A stretch of 64,000 nt of DNA from assembly GCA_965221775.1 (NCBI GenBank), contig CBDCSU010000005.1, positions 832,001 through 896,000 on the forward strand. Reading direction: 5' to 3'. Shown piece by piece: positions 45,337 to 58,392 of this stretch (positions are counted from its first letter, which is position 1; every line of letters starts with the position of its first letter). The position numbers were made by a program, and so were the translations under genes. The stretch comes from Candidatus Latescibacterota bacterium. GTDB taxonomy: Bacteria; Latescibacterota; UBA2968; UBA8231. Under the pieces are notes generated by a model. It was not told the origin of the DNA and did not search any database. It was given only the letters and a program-made list of their open reading frames with translations.

Positions 45337-48240
45337 TCAGAACTCGACGCCGAGCTGGGCGTGGGCCAGGCGGCCCACCTCCGGGGCGCCGATGAACGAC
45401 TGGTAGCGGCTGTCGAGGACGTTGTCGACGCTCACCAGCAGGTGCAGGCCCTCGGCGAAGGGCAGGTCGTACCGGGCCTGCGCGTCGAGGGTTGTGTTGG
45501 CGTCCACGTCTCCCGCGTAGACCCCCGAGCTCATGGGGAAGCCGCCGGTGTAGCGAAGGCGGGCGCCGAGGCCGAGGTCGTACCGCGGCAGGCGCCAGCT
45601 GCCGCCCACGTTGAACTTGTGCTTCGGCGCGTTGAGGGCGATGTCGTCGATCCCGTCGAGGTTCGGGAAGAAGTCGTCGCTCACGAAGGAGTAGCCGCCG
45701 GTCAGGTTCCAGCTCTCTCCCGGGTAGTAGCCGAAGGCGAGGTCGAGCCCGTAGAGGGTGATCTCGCCGAAGTTGCGGTAGGTGAGCAGCACCGCCGTGG
45801 GGTCCCAGGCCTGCTCCGGCGAGACCGTGCCGAAGGGGATCCCGGCCGCGCCCGCGGCGAAGATGGCGGCCAGCTCGTCGGCGGCGCTGCCGTCGTTGTC
45901 CCCCTCGATCAGGCCCGGGAGGGAGAGCGCGTCCAGCGCCCCGAGGATCGGCGCGATCTGGGCGTTGGCCGGGTCCGCCAGCTGCGCGGCCACCGCCGGC
46001 TCCAGGACCGCCATGAGGCTCCGCTGGTCGAGGAAGACGCTGGGGGTCTCCACCGCCAGGGGCCCGACGAAGTTCTCCATCCTGGACTGGTACAGGTCGG
46101 CCGACACCACCAGGTCGTCGGAGAGGATCCCCTTGTAGCCCAGCTCCACGGTCTGGGTGATGGTCGACTCGGTGCCGGGCACGTCGGTGGCGTCGGTCAC
46201 CGGGTCGAAGCCCTGGGTCGCCAGGTTCAGCGCGCCCAGGCTGTTGGTCAGGCCGGGGAGCTGCTCCGGCACGAGGGACGGCAGCGCCGCCAGGACCGCC
46301 TCCGTCTGCTGCTGGGCCATCGTCTGGGCGGTCTCGGCGTCCACGCCCTGCGCCACCAGCATCGGGGCGATCAGGCCCGGGGCCAGGAGCTGCAGGGCCG
46401 GAGTGAGCTCGGCGAGGACGGCGCTGCGGCCGATGTTCCACTGCACGTTGGTGGCCACCGGATCGTCGAGGGCGATATAGCCGTCGCCGTCGATCGAGTA
46501 TCCCGGATCACCGGGGTTGAGGCCCATCAGTTGAAGGGTGCCGCCGATGGTCGGCTGGAAGGAGGAGCGGTACATCGCCCTTCCGTCGGCTCCCCTGCGG
46601 AAGGTGAAGCCGCCTTCCATTCCGCTGCGGTAGCTCCCCTGGGCGCGGACGTCGACGTTGGGGTTGTAGCCGAGGACGGGCTCGAAGGCCGCCAGCGGCG
46701 CGAAGACCCCCGGCTGGGCGAGCAGGTCCAGGTACAGGTTGTTCGTGGAGGGGGTCGAGAAGGCGCGGTTGTAGGTGAGCCGGAAGGACTGCGTCTCCTG
46801 CGGCTTGTAGACGAGCCCGGCCCGCGGCGAGATCTGGCCCTCGTCGAGGCTGCTGTGACTGTCGTGCCGCAGGGACAGCACGAGGTCCAGCTGCGGGGTG
46901 AGCCCGGTCTCGCTCTGCAGGTAGGCGCCGATCTCGTCGATGGCGTCGTCCTCCTCGTTGCCGCCGGTGATCGTGGTCCCGGTGCGAGGACGCGTGAACT
47001 GACCGTCCAGGCCGTAGGTGAAGCGCTGGCGGTCGCCGAGCCCGTAGGCGTGCTGTACCTGGAAGACATCCAGGGTGGATTGGTCGACCATTTTCTGGCC
47101 GGTGCGCAGCAGGTAGGTGTCCTTGGCGTCGCTCTGGTTGCGGTAGTACTGGACGAAGAGATCGCCGTAGACGGCGCGGAGCTGGTGGAAGTTGTAGGTC
47201 CAGTTCTTGGCCTGGCCAGCCCCGAGACCCGTCTGCTCGACTTGAGTGCCCCGGTTGTACCCGAAGGTGTAGATGGCCGTGAGGTCCTCCGTGGGGCGCA
47301 CGTCGATCCGGGCCTCGACGCCCAGGCGCTCGACCTCGGCCTCGCGGTCCACGATCTCCAGTGGATCGGCGTGCTCCCAGTCGGTGCCGGTGTGGTACTG
47401 GGCCGAGATCTTGTACCCCAGGTGGGGACCGACGACGCCGGCGTGGCGCACCGAGCCGCTGGCCAGGGAGCGCTCGCCGCCGCCGATGGAGGCCGCCGTG
47501 CCGGCGGAGTTGAATGGCGAGCGCGTGATGATGTGCATGACCCCGCTGGCGCTGTTCGGCCCGTAGAGGGCCGACCCCGGCCCGAGGACGACCTCGATGC
47601 GCTCGACATCCTGGCTGGTGACGGGGATGAAGCTGTGGGCGTTGAGCCGCAGCGACGGGACGCGGGCGATGCGGTTGTCCGTCAAGGTGAGCAGGGCGCC
47701 CGAGAAGACGTTGTTGAAACCGCGGGCCACGATGTTGCTCTGCACGAGGCCGGTCCTGGCGAAGTCGACGCCGGGCTGGTCGCGCACGTGCTCGGAGACG
47801 GTCAGGCCCGGGCGGTCGCGGATCTCGGCGCCTTCTACGATCGAGATCGACGCCGGCGCGTCGAGGGCCTTCTCCTGGCTCCGCGAGGCGGAGACCACGC
47901 TCTTCTCGAGGTCGATGACCGCGGCCTCGAGCTCGAAGTCGAGGCTCGTTCCCGCCGCATCGACGCGCACCCGGGAGCGCTTGAGCGTGCGGTAGCCGAT
48001 GTGGGTGACGCGGATGTCGTACAGGCCCGGCGGCAGGTCGGAGACGGTGTAGCTCCCCTCGCCGCTGGAGACGGCGCCGCGGGGCTCTTGGAGGCCGCCG
48101 CCGGTGACCACCACGTTGACCGCCGGCAGCGGCGATCCGTCGCTGTCGGTGATCGTGCCCTTCAGGTCCGCGGCGCCGGCGGCGACGGACCACGTGGTCA
48201 TGGTGAGGGCGGCCAGAACGGCCAGTGCTGAACGGCTCAT
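45337..48240 (-). CDS. TonB-dependent receptor
   Basis: Signal peptide after SD GGAGG; VVSASR..APASISIV, RIEVVLGPGSALYG..GVMHIIT plug motif; NVLD..Y..GRLAHAQLGVEF C-terminus. Confidence 0.92.
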   Translation of the reverse strand: MSRSALAVLAALTMTTWSVAAGAADLKGTITDSDGSPLPAVNVVVTGGGLQEPRGAVSSGEGSYTVSDLPPGLYDIRVTHIGYRTLKRSRVRVDAAGTSLDFELEAAVIDLEKSVVSASRSQEKALDAPASISIVEGAEIRDRPGLTVSEHVRDQPGVDFARTGLVQSNIVARGFNNVFSGALLTLTDNRIARVPSLRLNAHSFIPVTSQDVERIEVVLGPGSALYGPNSASGVMHIITRSPFNSAGTAASIGGGERSLASGSVRHAGVVGPHLGYKISAQYHTGTDWEHADPLEIVDREAEVERLGVEARIDVRPTEDLTAIYTFGYNRGTQVEQTGLGAGQAKNWTYNFHQLRAVYGDLFVQYYRNQSDAKDTYLLRTGQKMVDQSTLDVFQVQHAYGLGDRQRFTYGLDGQFTRPRTGTTITGGNEEDDAIDEIGAYLQSETGLTPQLDLVLSLRHDSHSSLDEGQISPRAGLVYKPQETQSFRLTYNRAFSTPSTNNLYLDLLAQPGVFAPLAAFEPVLGYNPNVDVRAQGSYRSGMEGGFTFRRGADGRAMYRSSFQPTIGGTLQLMGLNPGDPGYSIDGDGYIALDDPVATNVQWNIGRSAVLAELTPALQLLAPGLIAPMLVAQGVDAETAQTMAQQQTEAVLAALPSLVPEQLPGLTNSLGALNLATQGFDPVTDATDVPGTESTITQTVELGYKGILSDDLVVSADLYQSRMENFVGPLAVETPSVFLDQRSLMAVLEPAVAAQLADPANAQIAPILGALDALSLPGLIEGDNDGSAADELAAIFAAGAAGIPFGTVSPEQAWDPTAVLLTYRNFGEITLYGLDLAFGYYPGESWNLTGGYSFVSDDFFPNLDGIDDIALNAPKHKFNVGGSWRLPRYDLGLGARLRYTGGFPMSSGVYAGDVDANTTLDAQARYDLPFAEGLHLLVSVDNVLDSRYQSFIGAPEVGRLAHAQLGVEF

Positions 48241-48341
48241 GGGATCCTCCCTGGAGATGCTGCGGCGAAGCCCCTCGCTTCGCGCCGGTTTGCTCGGACA
48301 GCCCGGAATTATAGGCAATGGAGGCGCCCCACACAGACGCC

Positions 48342-48370
48342 TTGCCGGGGTACCGTCACCGCCGTATGAT
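48342..48370 (+). promoter_or_regulatory. Candidate sigma70 promoter for the oxidoreductase gene
   Basis: TTGCCG-17nt-TATGAT; a TATAAT on the opposite strand (48308-48313) faces the TonB receptor. Confidence 0.5.
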
Positions 48371-48402
48371 CGCTCCGATACCCTCCGGAAGGATTCGCGA
48401 CC

Positions 48403-49419
48403 ATGACTCGACGCCTGAAGCTCGCCCTCATCGGCTGCGGCGCCATCTCCCGGTACCACCTCGACGGCATCGCCGAGGGCAGCGGCCGCATCGAGGTCAC
48501 CGCCGCCGTCGACACCGATGCGGCCAAGGCCGAGGCCGTCGCCGCCGAGACCGGCGCCGCGGTCTTCACCTCCCTCGAAGAGGCCCTCGAGGCGGGCGAT
48601 TTCGACGCCGTCGACATCATGCTGCCCCACGACCTGCACGAGTGGGCCGCCACCGCCTGCCTGGCCGCCGGCCGGCACGTGCTGCTCGAGAAGCCGATGG
48701 CCCCCACCCTCGACGCCTGCGACCGCATCCTCGAGGCCGCCGCCCGGGCCGGCACCGCCTTCATGGTGGCGGAGAACGCCCAGTACTGGCCCGAGATCGT
48801 GCGCGCCGCCGAGCTCGTCGAGGAGGGCGCCATCGGCGAGGTGGTCACCGCCCGCGCCGCCTTCGTCTGCGAGTTCGACACCTACTGGTTCCCCGACGCC
48901 CGCGCATGGCGCCTCGACCGCGGCCGCACGGGAGGGGGCATCGTCATCGACGGCGGCTCCCACTGGATGCGCCCCCTGCGCATGTGGCTCGGCGAGATCG
49001 ACGAGGTCATGGCCGTCCTCGGCCATCCCCTGCGGAGCATGCAGGGCGAGTCCCTGTGCCGCGCCCTCTTCCGTTTCCGCTCCGGCGTCGTGGCCGGCTT
49101 CGACGCCCTCATGCTCGACACCGTTCTCGGCCCCGACCCGTGGTGGCGGATCACCGGCACCACGGGCGAGATCCTGATCGACGGCGCCTTCGAGGGCGGC
49201 ATCCGCCTCTTCGACGCCGGCCACCGGCAGGGGCGGGCGGTCATGGAGCCGGCCGGCTACCCCAAGTCCTTCGGCCCCCAGCTGGAGGACTTCGCCCGCG
49301 TCGTCCTCGACGGCGCCGAGCCGGCGGCCCCGGCCGAGCACTCCCTGGGCGAGCTGCGCACGGCCCTGGCCCTGTACCGGTCGGGGGCCAGCGGCGCCTG
49401 GGAGAAGGTTTGGGACTGA
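48403..49419 (+). CDS. Gfo/Idh/MocA family oxidoreductase
   Basis: IGCGAIS, HVLLEKPMA, GGGIVIDGGSH. Confidence 0.92.
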   Translation: MTRRLKLALIGCGAISRYHLDGIAEGSGRIEVTAAVDTDAAKAEAVAAETGAAVFTSLEEALEAGDFDAVDIMLPHDLHEWAATACLAAGRHVLLEKPMAPTLDACDRILEAAARAGTAFMVAENAQYWPEIVRAAELVEEGAIGEVVTARAAFVCEFDTYWFPDARAWRLDRGRTGGGIVIDGGSHWMRPLRMWLGEIDEVMAVLGHPLRSMQGESLCRALFRFRSGVVAGFDALMLDTVLGPDPWWRITGTTGEILIDGAFEGGIRLFDAGHRQGRAVMEPAGYPKSFGPQLEDFARVVLDGAEPAAPAEHSLGELRTALALYRSGASGAWEKVWD

Positions 49420-49554
49420 CCGCCGCCCCCCGGGGCGGGCGGGACCTGCTTGCGCCCCTGCCGGGGCCCGGTACATTCCGAACGGACCGCGGCGGGGGGT
49501 CCCCCCTTCGCGCGCCCCCCGAGACCACACCACCCCCAACCCAGATCTGAGAGA

Positions 49555-52260
<2,706 letters not shown>

Positions 52261-52272
52261 GCGTATGCGGAG

Positions 52273-53106
52273 ATGAGCCAGATCACCGAGGAGGCGCCGG
52301 GCGCCGTTTCCAGGGAGCAACCCGGCGGGCAGCCGGCGCCGAGGGCGGCGATCATGGCCGTGGCCAACCAGAAGGGCGGCGTCGGCAAGACCACGACCGC
52401 CGTCAACCTCGCCGCCTGCCTGGCGGTGGCCGAGAAGCCGACCCTGCTGGTCGACATGGACCCCCAGTCCAACGCCACCAGCGGCTGCGGCTTCGAGGCC
52501 GGCGAGGTCGATGAGGCCAACATCTACCACGCCCTCCTCGGCCACGCCTCCCTGGCCGATGTCTGCCGCCAGACCCAGATCCCCCTCCTCACCCTGGCGC
52601 CGTCCCACGTCAACCTCGCCGGCGCCGAGGTCGAGCTGGTCAACATGCTCGCCCGCGAGCAGAAGCTGCAGAACATCCTCGCCGAGGTGGCCGACGACTA
52701 CGAGTACATCATCCTCGACTGCCCCCCCTCCCTCGGCCAGCTGACCCTCAACTCCCTCACCGCCGCCGACTCGGTGCTGATCCCCATCCAGTGCGAGTAC
52801 TACGCCCTCGAGGGGCTCGGCAAGCTGCTCAACACGATCCGCCTGATCCAGCGCCACCTCAACCGCAAGCTGCAGATCGCCGGCGTGCTGCTCACCATGT
52901 TCGACCAGCGCCTCAACCTCTCCCGCCAGGTCGCCGACGAGGTGCGCTCCTACTTCGGCAACAAGGTCTTCAAGACCGAGATCACCCGGAACGTCCGCCT
53001 CGCCGAAGCCCCGGGCCACGGCCAGCCGATCGTGCTCTACGACATCGTCTCCGCCGGAGCCCAGAACTACATGAGCCTCGCCGGCGAGATCATCCAGCAT
53101 GGGTAA
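52273..53106 (+). CDS. parA: Chromosome partitioning ATPase ParA/Soj
   Basis: NQKGGVGKTT, DMDPQ, DCPPSLG, QCEYYALEG, RNVRLAEAP. Confidence 0.95.
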   Translation: MSQITEEAPGAVSREQPGGQPAPRAAIMAVANQKGGVGKTTTAVNLAACLAVAEKPTLLVDMDPQSNATSGCGFEAGEVDEANIYHALLGHASLADVCRQTQIPLLTLAPSHVNLAGAEVELVNMLAREQKLQNILAEVADDYEYIILDCPPSLGQLTLNSLTAADSVLIPIQCEYYALEGLGKLLNTIRLIQRHLNRKLQIAGVLLTMFDQRLNLSRQVADEVRSYFGNKVFKTEITRNVRLAEAPGHGQPIVLYDIVSAGAQNYMSLAGEIIQHG

Positions 53107-53977
53107 GCGCCGCCGCGAGGTGCTCGGCAAGGGCATCCACGCCCTGATCACCGAGTACCCGGAGAGCGACGACGGCCCGCAGGCGCAGATCGTCGAGCTG
53201 CCCGTGGGCGACATCGAGCCCAACCCGCACCAGCCGCGCCTCGACTTCGACGACCAGGGACTGCGCGAGCTCGCCGACTCGATCCGCGAGAAGGGCATCA
53301 TCCAGCCCCTGGCCGTGAACCGCACCTCGGCCAGCAGCTACCACCTCATCCTCGGGGAGCGCCGCCTGCGCGCCGCCCGCCTCGTCGGACTGGAGACGGT
53401 GCCCGCCGTCGTCCACCAGATCGACTCGGCCCAGGAGCTGATGGAGCTGGCCCTCATCGAGAACATCCAGCGCGAGGACCTGAACCCCATCGAGGAGGCC
53501 GAGGCCTACCGCGCCCTCATGAGCACCTGCATGCTGACCCAGGAGCGGATCGCCGCCCGCGTCGGCAAGGACCGCTCCACCGTGGCCAACGCCCTGCGCC
53601 TGCTGCGCCTGCCCGAAGAGGTGCAGGAGATGCTGCGCGCCGGCGAGCTGCTGATGGGCCACGCCCGCGCCCTGGTCAGCCTCGACGAGAAGGCCGCCCT
53701 CGACCTCGGCCGCCGCTGCGCCGCCGAGAGCATGACCGTGCGCGAACTCGAGGACGCCGTGCGCGGCCTCGGCAAGGGTCGCAAGCGCCGCCCAAAGGAG
53801 GAGAGCCCCGGCGGCGGGGCCGCCGACGCCGTCGTGTCCGACTTCGAGTCACGGCTGCGGCAGCGTTTCGCCACGGCCATCGCCATCCGCCGCCGGCGCG
53901 GCAAGGGAAGCATCGAGATCGAGTTCTACGGCGACGACGACCTCGAGCGCCTCCTGGGGCTGCTTCTCCCGGAATGA
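53099..53977 (+). CDS. parB: Chromosome partitioning protein ParB/Spo0J
   Basis: LGKGIHAL, PNPHQPR, GERRLRA, ENIQREDL, HTH RVGKDRSTVANALRLL. Confidence 0.95.
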   Translation: MGKRRREVLGKGIHALITEYPESDDGPQAQIVELPVGDIEPNPHQPRLDFDDQGLRELADSIREKGIIQPLAVNRTSASSYHLILGERRLRAARLVGLETVPAVVHQIDSAQELMELALIENIQREDLNPIEEAEAYRALMSTCMLTQERIAARVGKDRSTVANALRLLRLPEEVQEMLRAGELLMGHARALVSLDEKAALDLGRRCAAESMTVRELEDAVRGLGKGRKRRPKEESPGGGAADAVVSDFESRLRQRFATAIAIRRRRGKGSIEIEFYGDDDLERLLGLLLPE

Positions 53978-54774
53978 ACGGGCCCCGGCGGTCGCCGCCC
54001 GTCGCCGTGGTCCTGGCCGCGGTGCTGGGCGCCGGCTCCTGCTCGGTCTTCCACCAGGACCTGCCCAACGTCCCCCCCATGGTCCAGTTGACCGAGGCCG
54101 ACACCACCCAGGTGAAGCGCGGCGGACGGGTCTCCCTGCGGGTGGGCGCCTCCGACGAGGACGACGACCCCCTCACCTACCTGTGGCAGGCCGAGGCCGG
54201 GACCTTCACCGACTCCACCGGGAACGTCACCGACTGGATCGCCCCCAACCAGATCGAGGGCTCCTCCGAGACTTTCCTGCTCACGGTGGACATCCAGGAC
54301 GGCGACCTGGAGACCGAAGACCCAAGGGAGAGCTTCGAGATCGAGGTCGTGCAGCGGCCCCCGGTCTGGCGGTCGGTTCCGGAGAGCCGCACGATCACCA
54401 CTCGGGACACGCTGGATCTCGGTGCCCGGGCCATCGACCCCGAAGGCGACGATCTCACCTACCTGTGGCGGTTTCGCGCGGGGACCCCCACCTGGGCCGA
54501 CTACACCGGCGTCCGCCTCCTCGACGAGGCCGAGCAGGAGCTGGCCATGGTGCTCTCCCTCGGCGTGGGCGTCCACGAGGCCGACGAGGAGGGGGCGGCG
54601 TGGATCCGCCAGCACCGCTCGGCGGCGGAGGAGGACTCGTCGGGCGTGCGCTTCACCCCCCTCGCCGCGGGCCGGCACGAGATCAAGATCGCCGTGACCG
54701 ACGCCATCGAAGCCCCCTCCGACACGGTCTCGGCCCGGTTCACCCTCGTCGTCGAGGCGGCGGAGAGTCCCTGA
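53974..54774 (+). CDS. Putative lipoprotein with tandem Ig-like/PKD-type repeats
   Basis: Lipobox-like AGSC; two ASD/AID-(P)EGD/DDD-xLTYLW repeats. Confidence 0.6.
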   Translation: MNGPRRSPPVAVVLAAVLGAGSCSVFHQDLPNVPPMVQLTEADTTQVKRGGRVSLRVGASDEDDDPLTYLWQAEAGTFTDSTGNVTDWIAPNQIEGSSETFLLTVDIQDGDLETEDPRESFEIEVVQRPPVWRSVPESRTITTRDTLDLGARAIDPEGDDLTYLWRFRAGTPTWADYTGVRLLDEAEQELAMVLSLGVGVHEADEEGAAWIRQHRSAAEEDSSGVRFTPLAAGRHEIKIAVTDAIEAPSDTVSARFTLVVEAAESP

Positions 54775-54782
54775 GGACCGCC

Positions 54783-55562
54783 GTGGAAGCAGCCCAGCTG
54801 AAAGCCCTGCTCGACCAGGTCGCCGCCGGCGCCGCGAGCCCGGAGCAGGCCCTGGAGCGCCTGCGCAACCTGCCCTTCGAGGACCTCGGCTTCGCCCGCG
54901 TCGACCACCACCGCGCCCTGCGCCGCGGCTATCCCGAGACGATCTTCTGCGAGGGCAAGACCCCCGGGCAGACGGTGGCCATCGCCGGGCGCCTCGCCGC
55001 CGCCGGCTCCCTGGTGCTGGCCACCCGGGCCGAGCCCGCCACCGCCCGGGCCCTGGCCGAGCGCTTTCCCGCGGCCGAGCACGACGAGGAGGCGCGCACG
55101 GTGGTCATCCGCGCGGAGGACGCGCCCTCCCCGGCGCCCACCGGGCTCGTTCTGGTCCTGTCGGCCGGCACCTCCGACGTGCCCGTGGCCCGCGAGGCCC
55201 TGGTCACGGCCCGGACCATGGGCGCCCGCGCCGAGGGCATCTTCGACGTGGGGGTGGCCGGCATCCACCGGCTCCTCGCCTGCCGCGAGCGACTCCTCGA
55301 GGCCCGGGCGATCGTCGTCGCCGCCGGCATGGAGGGCGCCCTGGCCAGCGTCGTGGGCGGTCTGGTGGAGGCTCCCGTCATCGCCGTGCCCACGAGCGTG
55401 GGCTACGGGGCCAGCTTCGGCGGCCTGGCGGCGCTGTTGACCATGCTCAACTCCTGCGCCCCGGGAGTGATGGTGGTCAACATCGACAACGGCTACGGCG
55501 CCGGGTACGCGGCGGCGGTGATCAACGCCCGTTCCGCCGGGCCGGACGCCGCCGCGGAGTAG
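54783..55562 (+). CDS. larB: Nickel-pincer cofactor biosynthesis protein LarB (PurE-like)
   Basis: FARVDHHR..RRGYPE..EGKT, AGTSDVPVA.EA, DVGVAGIHRL, AGMEGALASV, VPTSVGYG, VNIDNGYGA. Confidence 0.93.
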   Translation: MEAAQLKALLDQVAAGAASPEQALERLRNLPFEDLGFARVDHHRALRRGYPETIFCEGKTPGQTVAIAGRLAAAGSLVLATRAEPATARALAERFPAAEHDEEARTVVIRAEDAPSPAPTGLVLVLSAGTSDVPVAREALVTARTMGARAEGIFDVGVAGIHRLLACRERLLEARAIVVAAGMEGALASVVGGLVEAPVIAVPTSVGYGASFGGLAALLTMLNSCAPGVMVVNIDNGYGAGYAAAVINARSAGPDAAAE

Positions 55563-55568
55563 CCTCTG

Positions 55569-56201
55569 GTGGTCGACACGGCTGTCGCCGTCCTCGTGGG
55601 GGGCCGCAGCCGGCGCATGCGGGGCCGCGCCAAGGCGGCCCTTCCTCTCGGTGGCCGCACCGTCCTCGAACGAGTCCTCCACAAGGCCGACGGCCTCGGC
55701 TGTCCCGTGCAACTGGTGGCCGGCCGCGAGGCCGCGGCCGACTCTGGCGAGTTGGCGGGGCTCCTGGAGCGGCTCGGCCGGCCCGTGGTCCGCGACCTGC
55801 ACCCCGACGCCGGACCCCTCGGCGGGCTCGAGGCCGCCTTCGCCGCCACCGGGGCCGGCCGCGTGCTGCTGCTGGCCTGCGACCTCCCCTTCCTCACCCG
55901 GCCCTTCCTCGCCTGGCTGCTATCCCAGGGCTCGGAGGCCTCCGCAGTCGTCCCGGCCGAGGAGGACGGTCGCTGCCACCCCCTGTGCGCCGTGTACCCG
56001 GCCTCCTGCCGCGGGGAGCTGCGGGAGCGCATCGAGGCGCGCCGGCTGCGGGCCCACGACTTCGTCCGCGCCATCGGCGCCCGGACTCTGCCGCGGCCCC
56101 TCTGGCAGCGCTTCGACGCCGACGGCCGGCTGCTGGCCAACCTCAACGAGCCGGCGGACTATCGGCAGGCCCTGCGGTGGCTGGAGGAGGCCGGCGACTG
56201 A
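55569..56201 (+). CDS. mobA: Molybdenum cofactor guanylyltransferase-like NTP transferase
   Basis: LVGGRSRRM..KA, GPLGG, LACDLPF, HPLCAVY, NLNEP. Confidence 0.82.
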   Translation: MVDTAVAVLVGGRSRRMRGRAKAALPLGGRTVLERVLHKADGLGCPVQLVAGREAAADSGELAGLLERLGRPVVRDLHPDAGPLGGLEAAFAATGAGRVLLLACDLPFLTRPFLAWLLSQGSEASAVVPAEEDGRCHPLCAVYPASCRGELRERIEARRLRAHDFVRAIGARTLPRPLWQRFDADGRLLANLNEPADYRQALRWLEEAGD

Positions 56202-56232
56202 AGGCCCGCCCAGCTGCCTGCACGCGCAGGCG

Positions 56233-57090
56233 CTACAGGCTGTGGTCGACGATGGAGAGCAGGAACAGCAGCGGCAGGTAGAGCACGGAGGCCCGCAGCA
56301 GGCGGCGGGCGTCGCCGGTGGCCCGCGACCGCGCCAGGGTCACACCCGGGGCCAGGAGCAGCAGGCCGAGGACCAGGGCCCCCGCCCCGTAGAGCATCCC
56401 CGACATGCCCAGCGCCGCGGGCAGCACCGAGAAGGCCAGCAGCATCAGGCTGAAGGCCAGGACGTGGCGGCAGGTGCGGTCGCCGCGCTCCTCCAGCACC
56501 GGGAGCATGCGGAAGCCGCCGCGCCGGTAGTCGTCGCGGAAGATCCAGGCGATGGCGTAGAAGTGGGGGTGCTGCCAGGCGAAGAGGATGGCGAAGAGGA
56601 CCCAGGCGCCGGTGTCGAGGCCGCCCGTGGCCGCCGCCCAGCCGCCGACGGGGGGCAGGGCCCCGGGGATGCTGCCGAGGGAGGTGTTGAGCCAGGTGAG
56701 CCGCTTCAGCGGCGTGTAGACGACCACGTAGAGGAAGGCCGTCAGCAGGCCCAGCCAGGCGGTGAGCAGGTTCACCCCGAGGACGAGGACGATCTGTCCG
56801 CCGAGGATCAGGAGGAACCCGAGGGACAGGGCCGTCGACGGCTGCAGATCGCCGGCGGGCAGGGGCCGGGAGCGGGTGCGCCGCATGAGGGCGTCCACGT
56901 CGCGCTCGAGGTAGTGGTTGAGGACCCCGGAGCCGGAGGCGGTGAGGGCGGTGCCGAGCAGGGTCAGGGCGAGGAGGCCCAGGCCGGCCTCACCCTGGCC
57001 GCCGAGGTGGAAGCCGAGGGCGGCGGCCACCAGGACCATGGCCACGATGCGCGGCTTGGTGAGCTCGAAGCAGGCCTGAAGGAGGGTCAT
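56233..57090 (-). CDS. ctaB: Protoheme IX farnesyltransferase (heme O synthase)
   Basis: LTKPRI, NHYLERDVDALMRRTRSRPLP, YTPLKR, PGALPP..GW, WQHPHF. Confidence 0.94.
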   Translation of the reverse strand: MTLLQACFELTKPRIVAMVLVAAALGFHLGGQGEAGLGLLALTLLGTALTASGSGVLNHYLERDVDALMRRTRSRPLPAGDLQPSTALSLGFLLILGGQIVLVLGVNLLTAWLGLLTAFLYVVVYTPLKRLTWLNTSLGSIPGALPPVGGWAAATGGLDTGAWVLFAILFAWQHPHFYAIAWIFRDDYRRGGFRMLPVLEERGDRTCRHVLAFSLMLLAFSVLPAALGMSGMLYGAGALVLGLLLLAPGVTLARSRATGDARRLLRASVLYLPLLFLLSIVDHSL

Positions 57091-57129
57091 CGCCGGTAGA
57101 AGATGACCGTTCTCGCCGATCCCCTCAAA

Positions 57130-58392
57130 TCAGCGGCACAGGTAGTCGACGCAGGTGGCGGCGTGGACCTTCAGCACCTGCCCGAACTCCGGCTCGAGGA
57201 TGTACTCGTCGGGGACGGCGACGTTCTCCAGGTCCGTCCCGTAGACCGCCGCCGGGATGCCCCGCCACCACCAGAAGCGGGTGTCCGTCGAGCCGTAGCT
57301 GGTGTTGATCTCGATCTCGCGCCCGGTGATGGCGCGGGCGTTGGCGGCCACGGCGCGCACGATCTCCTCGTCGGGGGACGAGTACGCCGCCTCCAGGCAG
57401 TCCGTCCATTCGAGGCCGATCTCGCCGCGGTCGAGGCCGGTGCCGGAGAGGACCTCCTCCACCTTCTCCTGCAGGTCCCGCGTCGACACGCCGATGGGGG
57501 TGCGGAAGTCGACCTCCATGCGGCACGCCGTGGGGATGGTGTTGCTCTGCACGCCGCCCTGGATGACGCCCACGTTGACCGTCGTCGAATCGGAGACCCA
57601 GCCCTTGCCGGCCAGCTCGCCGCCGCGCACGGACCGCTCCTTTCCCCGGGCCACGGCTTCGGCCACATCGGGAGGCGTCTCGAGATGCCAGCCCTTCATC
57701 GTCATCAGCGCCGCGGCCACGGTCATCGCCCTTGCGATGGCGTCGTCCTCCACCGGCACCGCCGCCAGGCCGCCGCCGTGGCGGGTCTCGACGATGAGCG
57801 TGTACTTGCCCTTGTGGCCGATCAGCACCTGGTCCATGCGTGTGGGCTCGCTGTTCAGGCAGGCGTCGCCGCGCGTCATGGGCACGTGCTCCAGCAGCCA
57901 GTCCGAGCCCAGGAACCCGCCCGTCTCCTCGTCGCCCACCAGGGTCAGGGTCAGCTGGCCCCGGATGGGGACCTCCAGCTCGTGGAGCAGCACCAGCGAC
58001 AGCAGGGAGGCCACCGACCCGGCCTTCATGTCGCCCACGCCGCGGCCGAGGATGCGGCCGTCCCGGCACTCGCCGGAGTAGGGGTCGAAGGACCAGTCCT
58101 CCGGGTCGCCCGCCGGGAACTGGTCCAGGTGGCCGTTGAGGACGAGGTTGCGCCCGGGCTCGCGGCCCTCCATCCACGAGACCAGGCTCTGCACCGTCGG
58201 CTTCGGCTCGTACGCGTCGGCGGGCAAACCCTTCGACTTCAGGTAGCGGACCAGGTACTCGACGCAGGCCGTGGTGTCGCCGGGCGGGTTGTCGGTGGGG
58301 ATGGCTACGACATCTCGCAGCACATCCAGGAACTCCGGCATCCTGCGGTCGATTTCGGCGAAGAGGCGCTCTTTCAACTCTTCAGTGGTCAT
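57130..58392 (-). CDS. M20 family metallo-hydrolase (ArgE/DapE-like deacylase)
   Basis: LNGHLD, GRGVGDMK, GDEETGG, SEPT, N.IP, YGSTD. Confidence 0.88.
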   Translation of the reverse strand: MTTEELKERLFAEIDRRMPEFLDVLRDVVAIPTDNPPGDTTACVEYLVRYLKSKGLPADAYEPKPTVQSLVSWMEGREPGRNLVLNGHLDQFPAGDPEDWSFDPYSGECRDGRILGRGVGDMKAGSVASLLSLVLLHELEVPIRGQLTLTLVGDEETGGFLGSDWLLEHVPMTRGDACLNSEPTRMDQVLIGHKGKYTLIVETRHGGGLAAVPVEDDAIARAMTVAAALMTMKGWHLETPPDVAEAVARGKERSVRGGELAGKGWVSDSTTVNVGVIQGGVQSNTIPTACRMEVDFRTPIGVSTRDLQEKVEEVLSGTGLDRGEIGLEWTDCLEAAYSSPDEEIVRAVAANARAITGREIEINTSYGSTDTRFWWWRGIPAAVYGTDLENVAVPDEYILEPEFGQVLKVHAATCVDYLCR

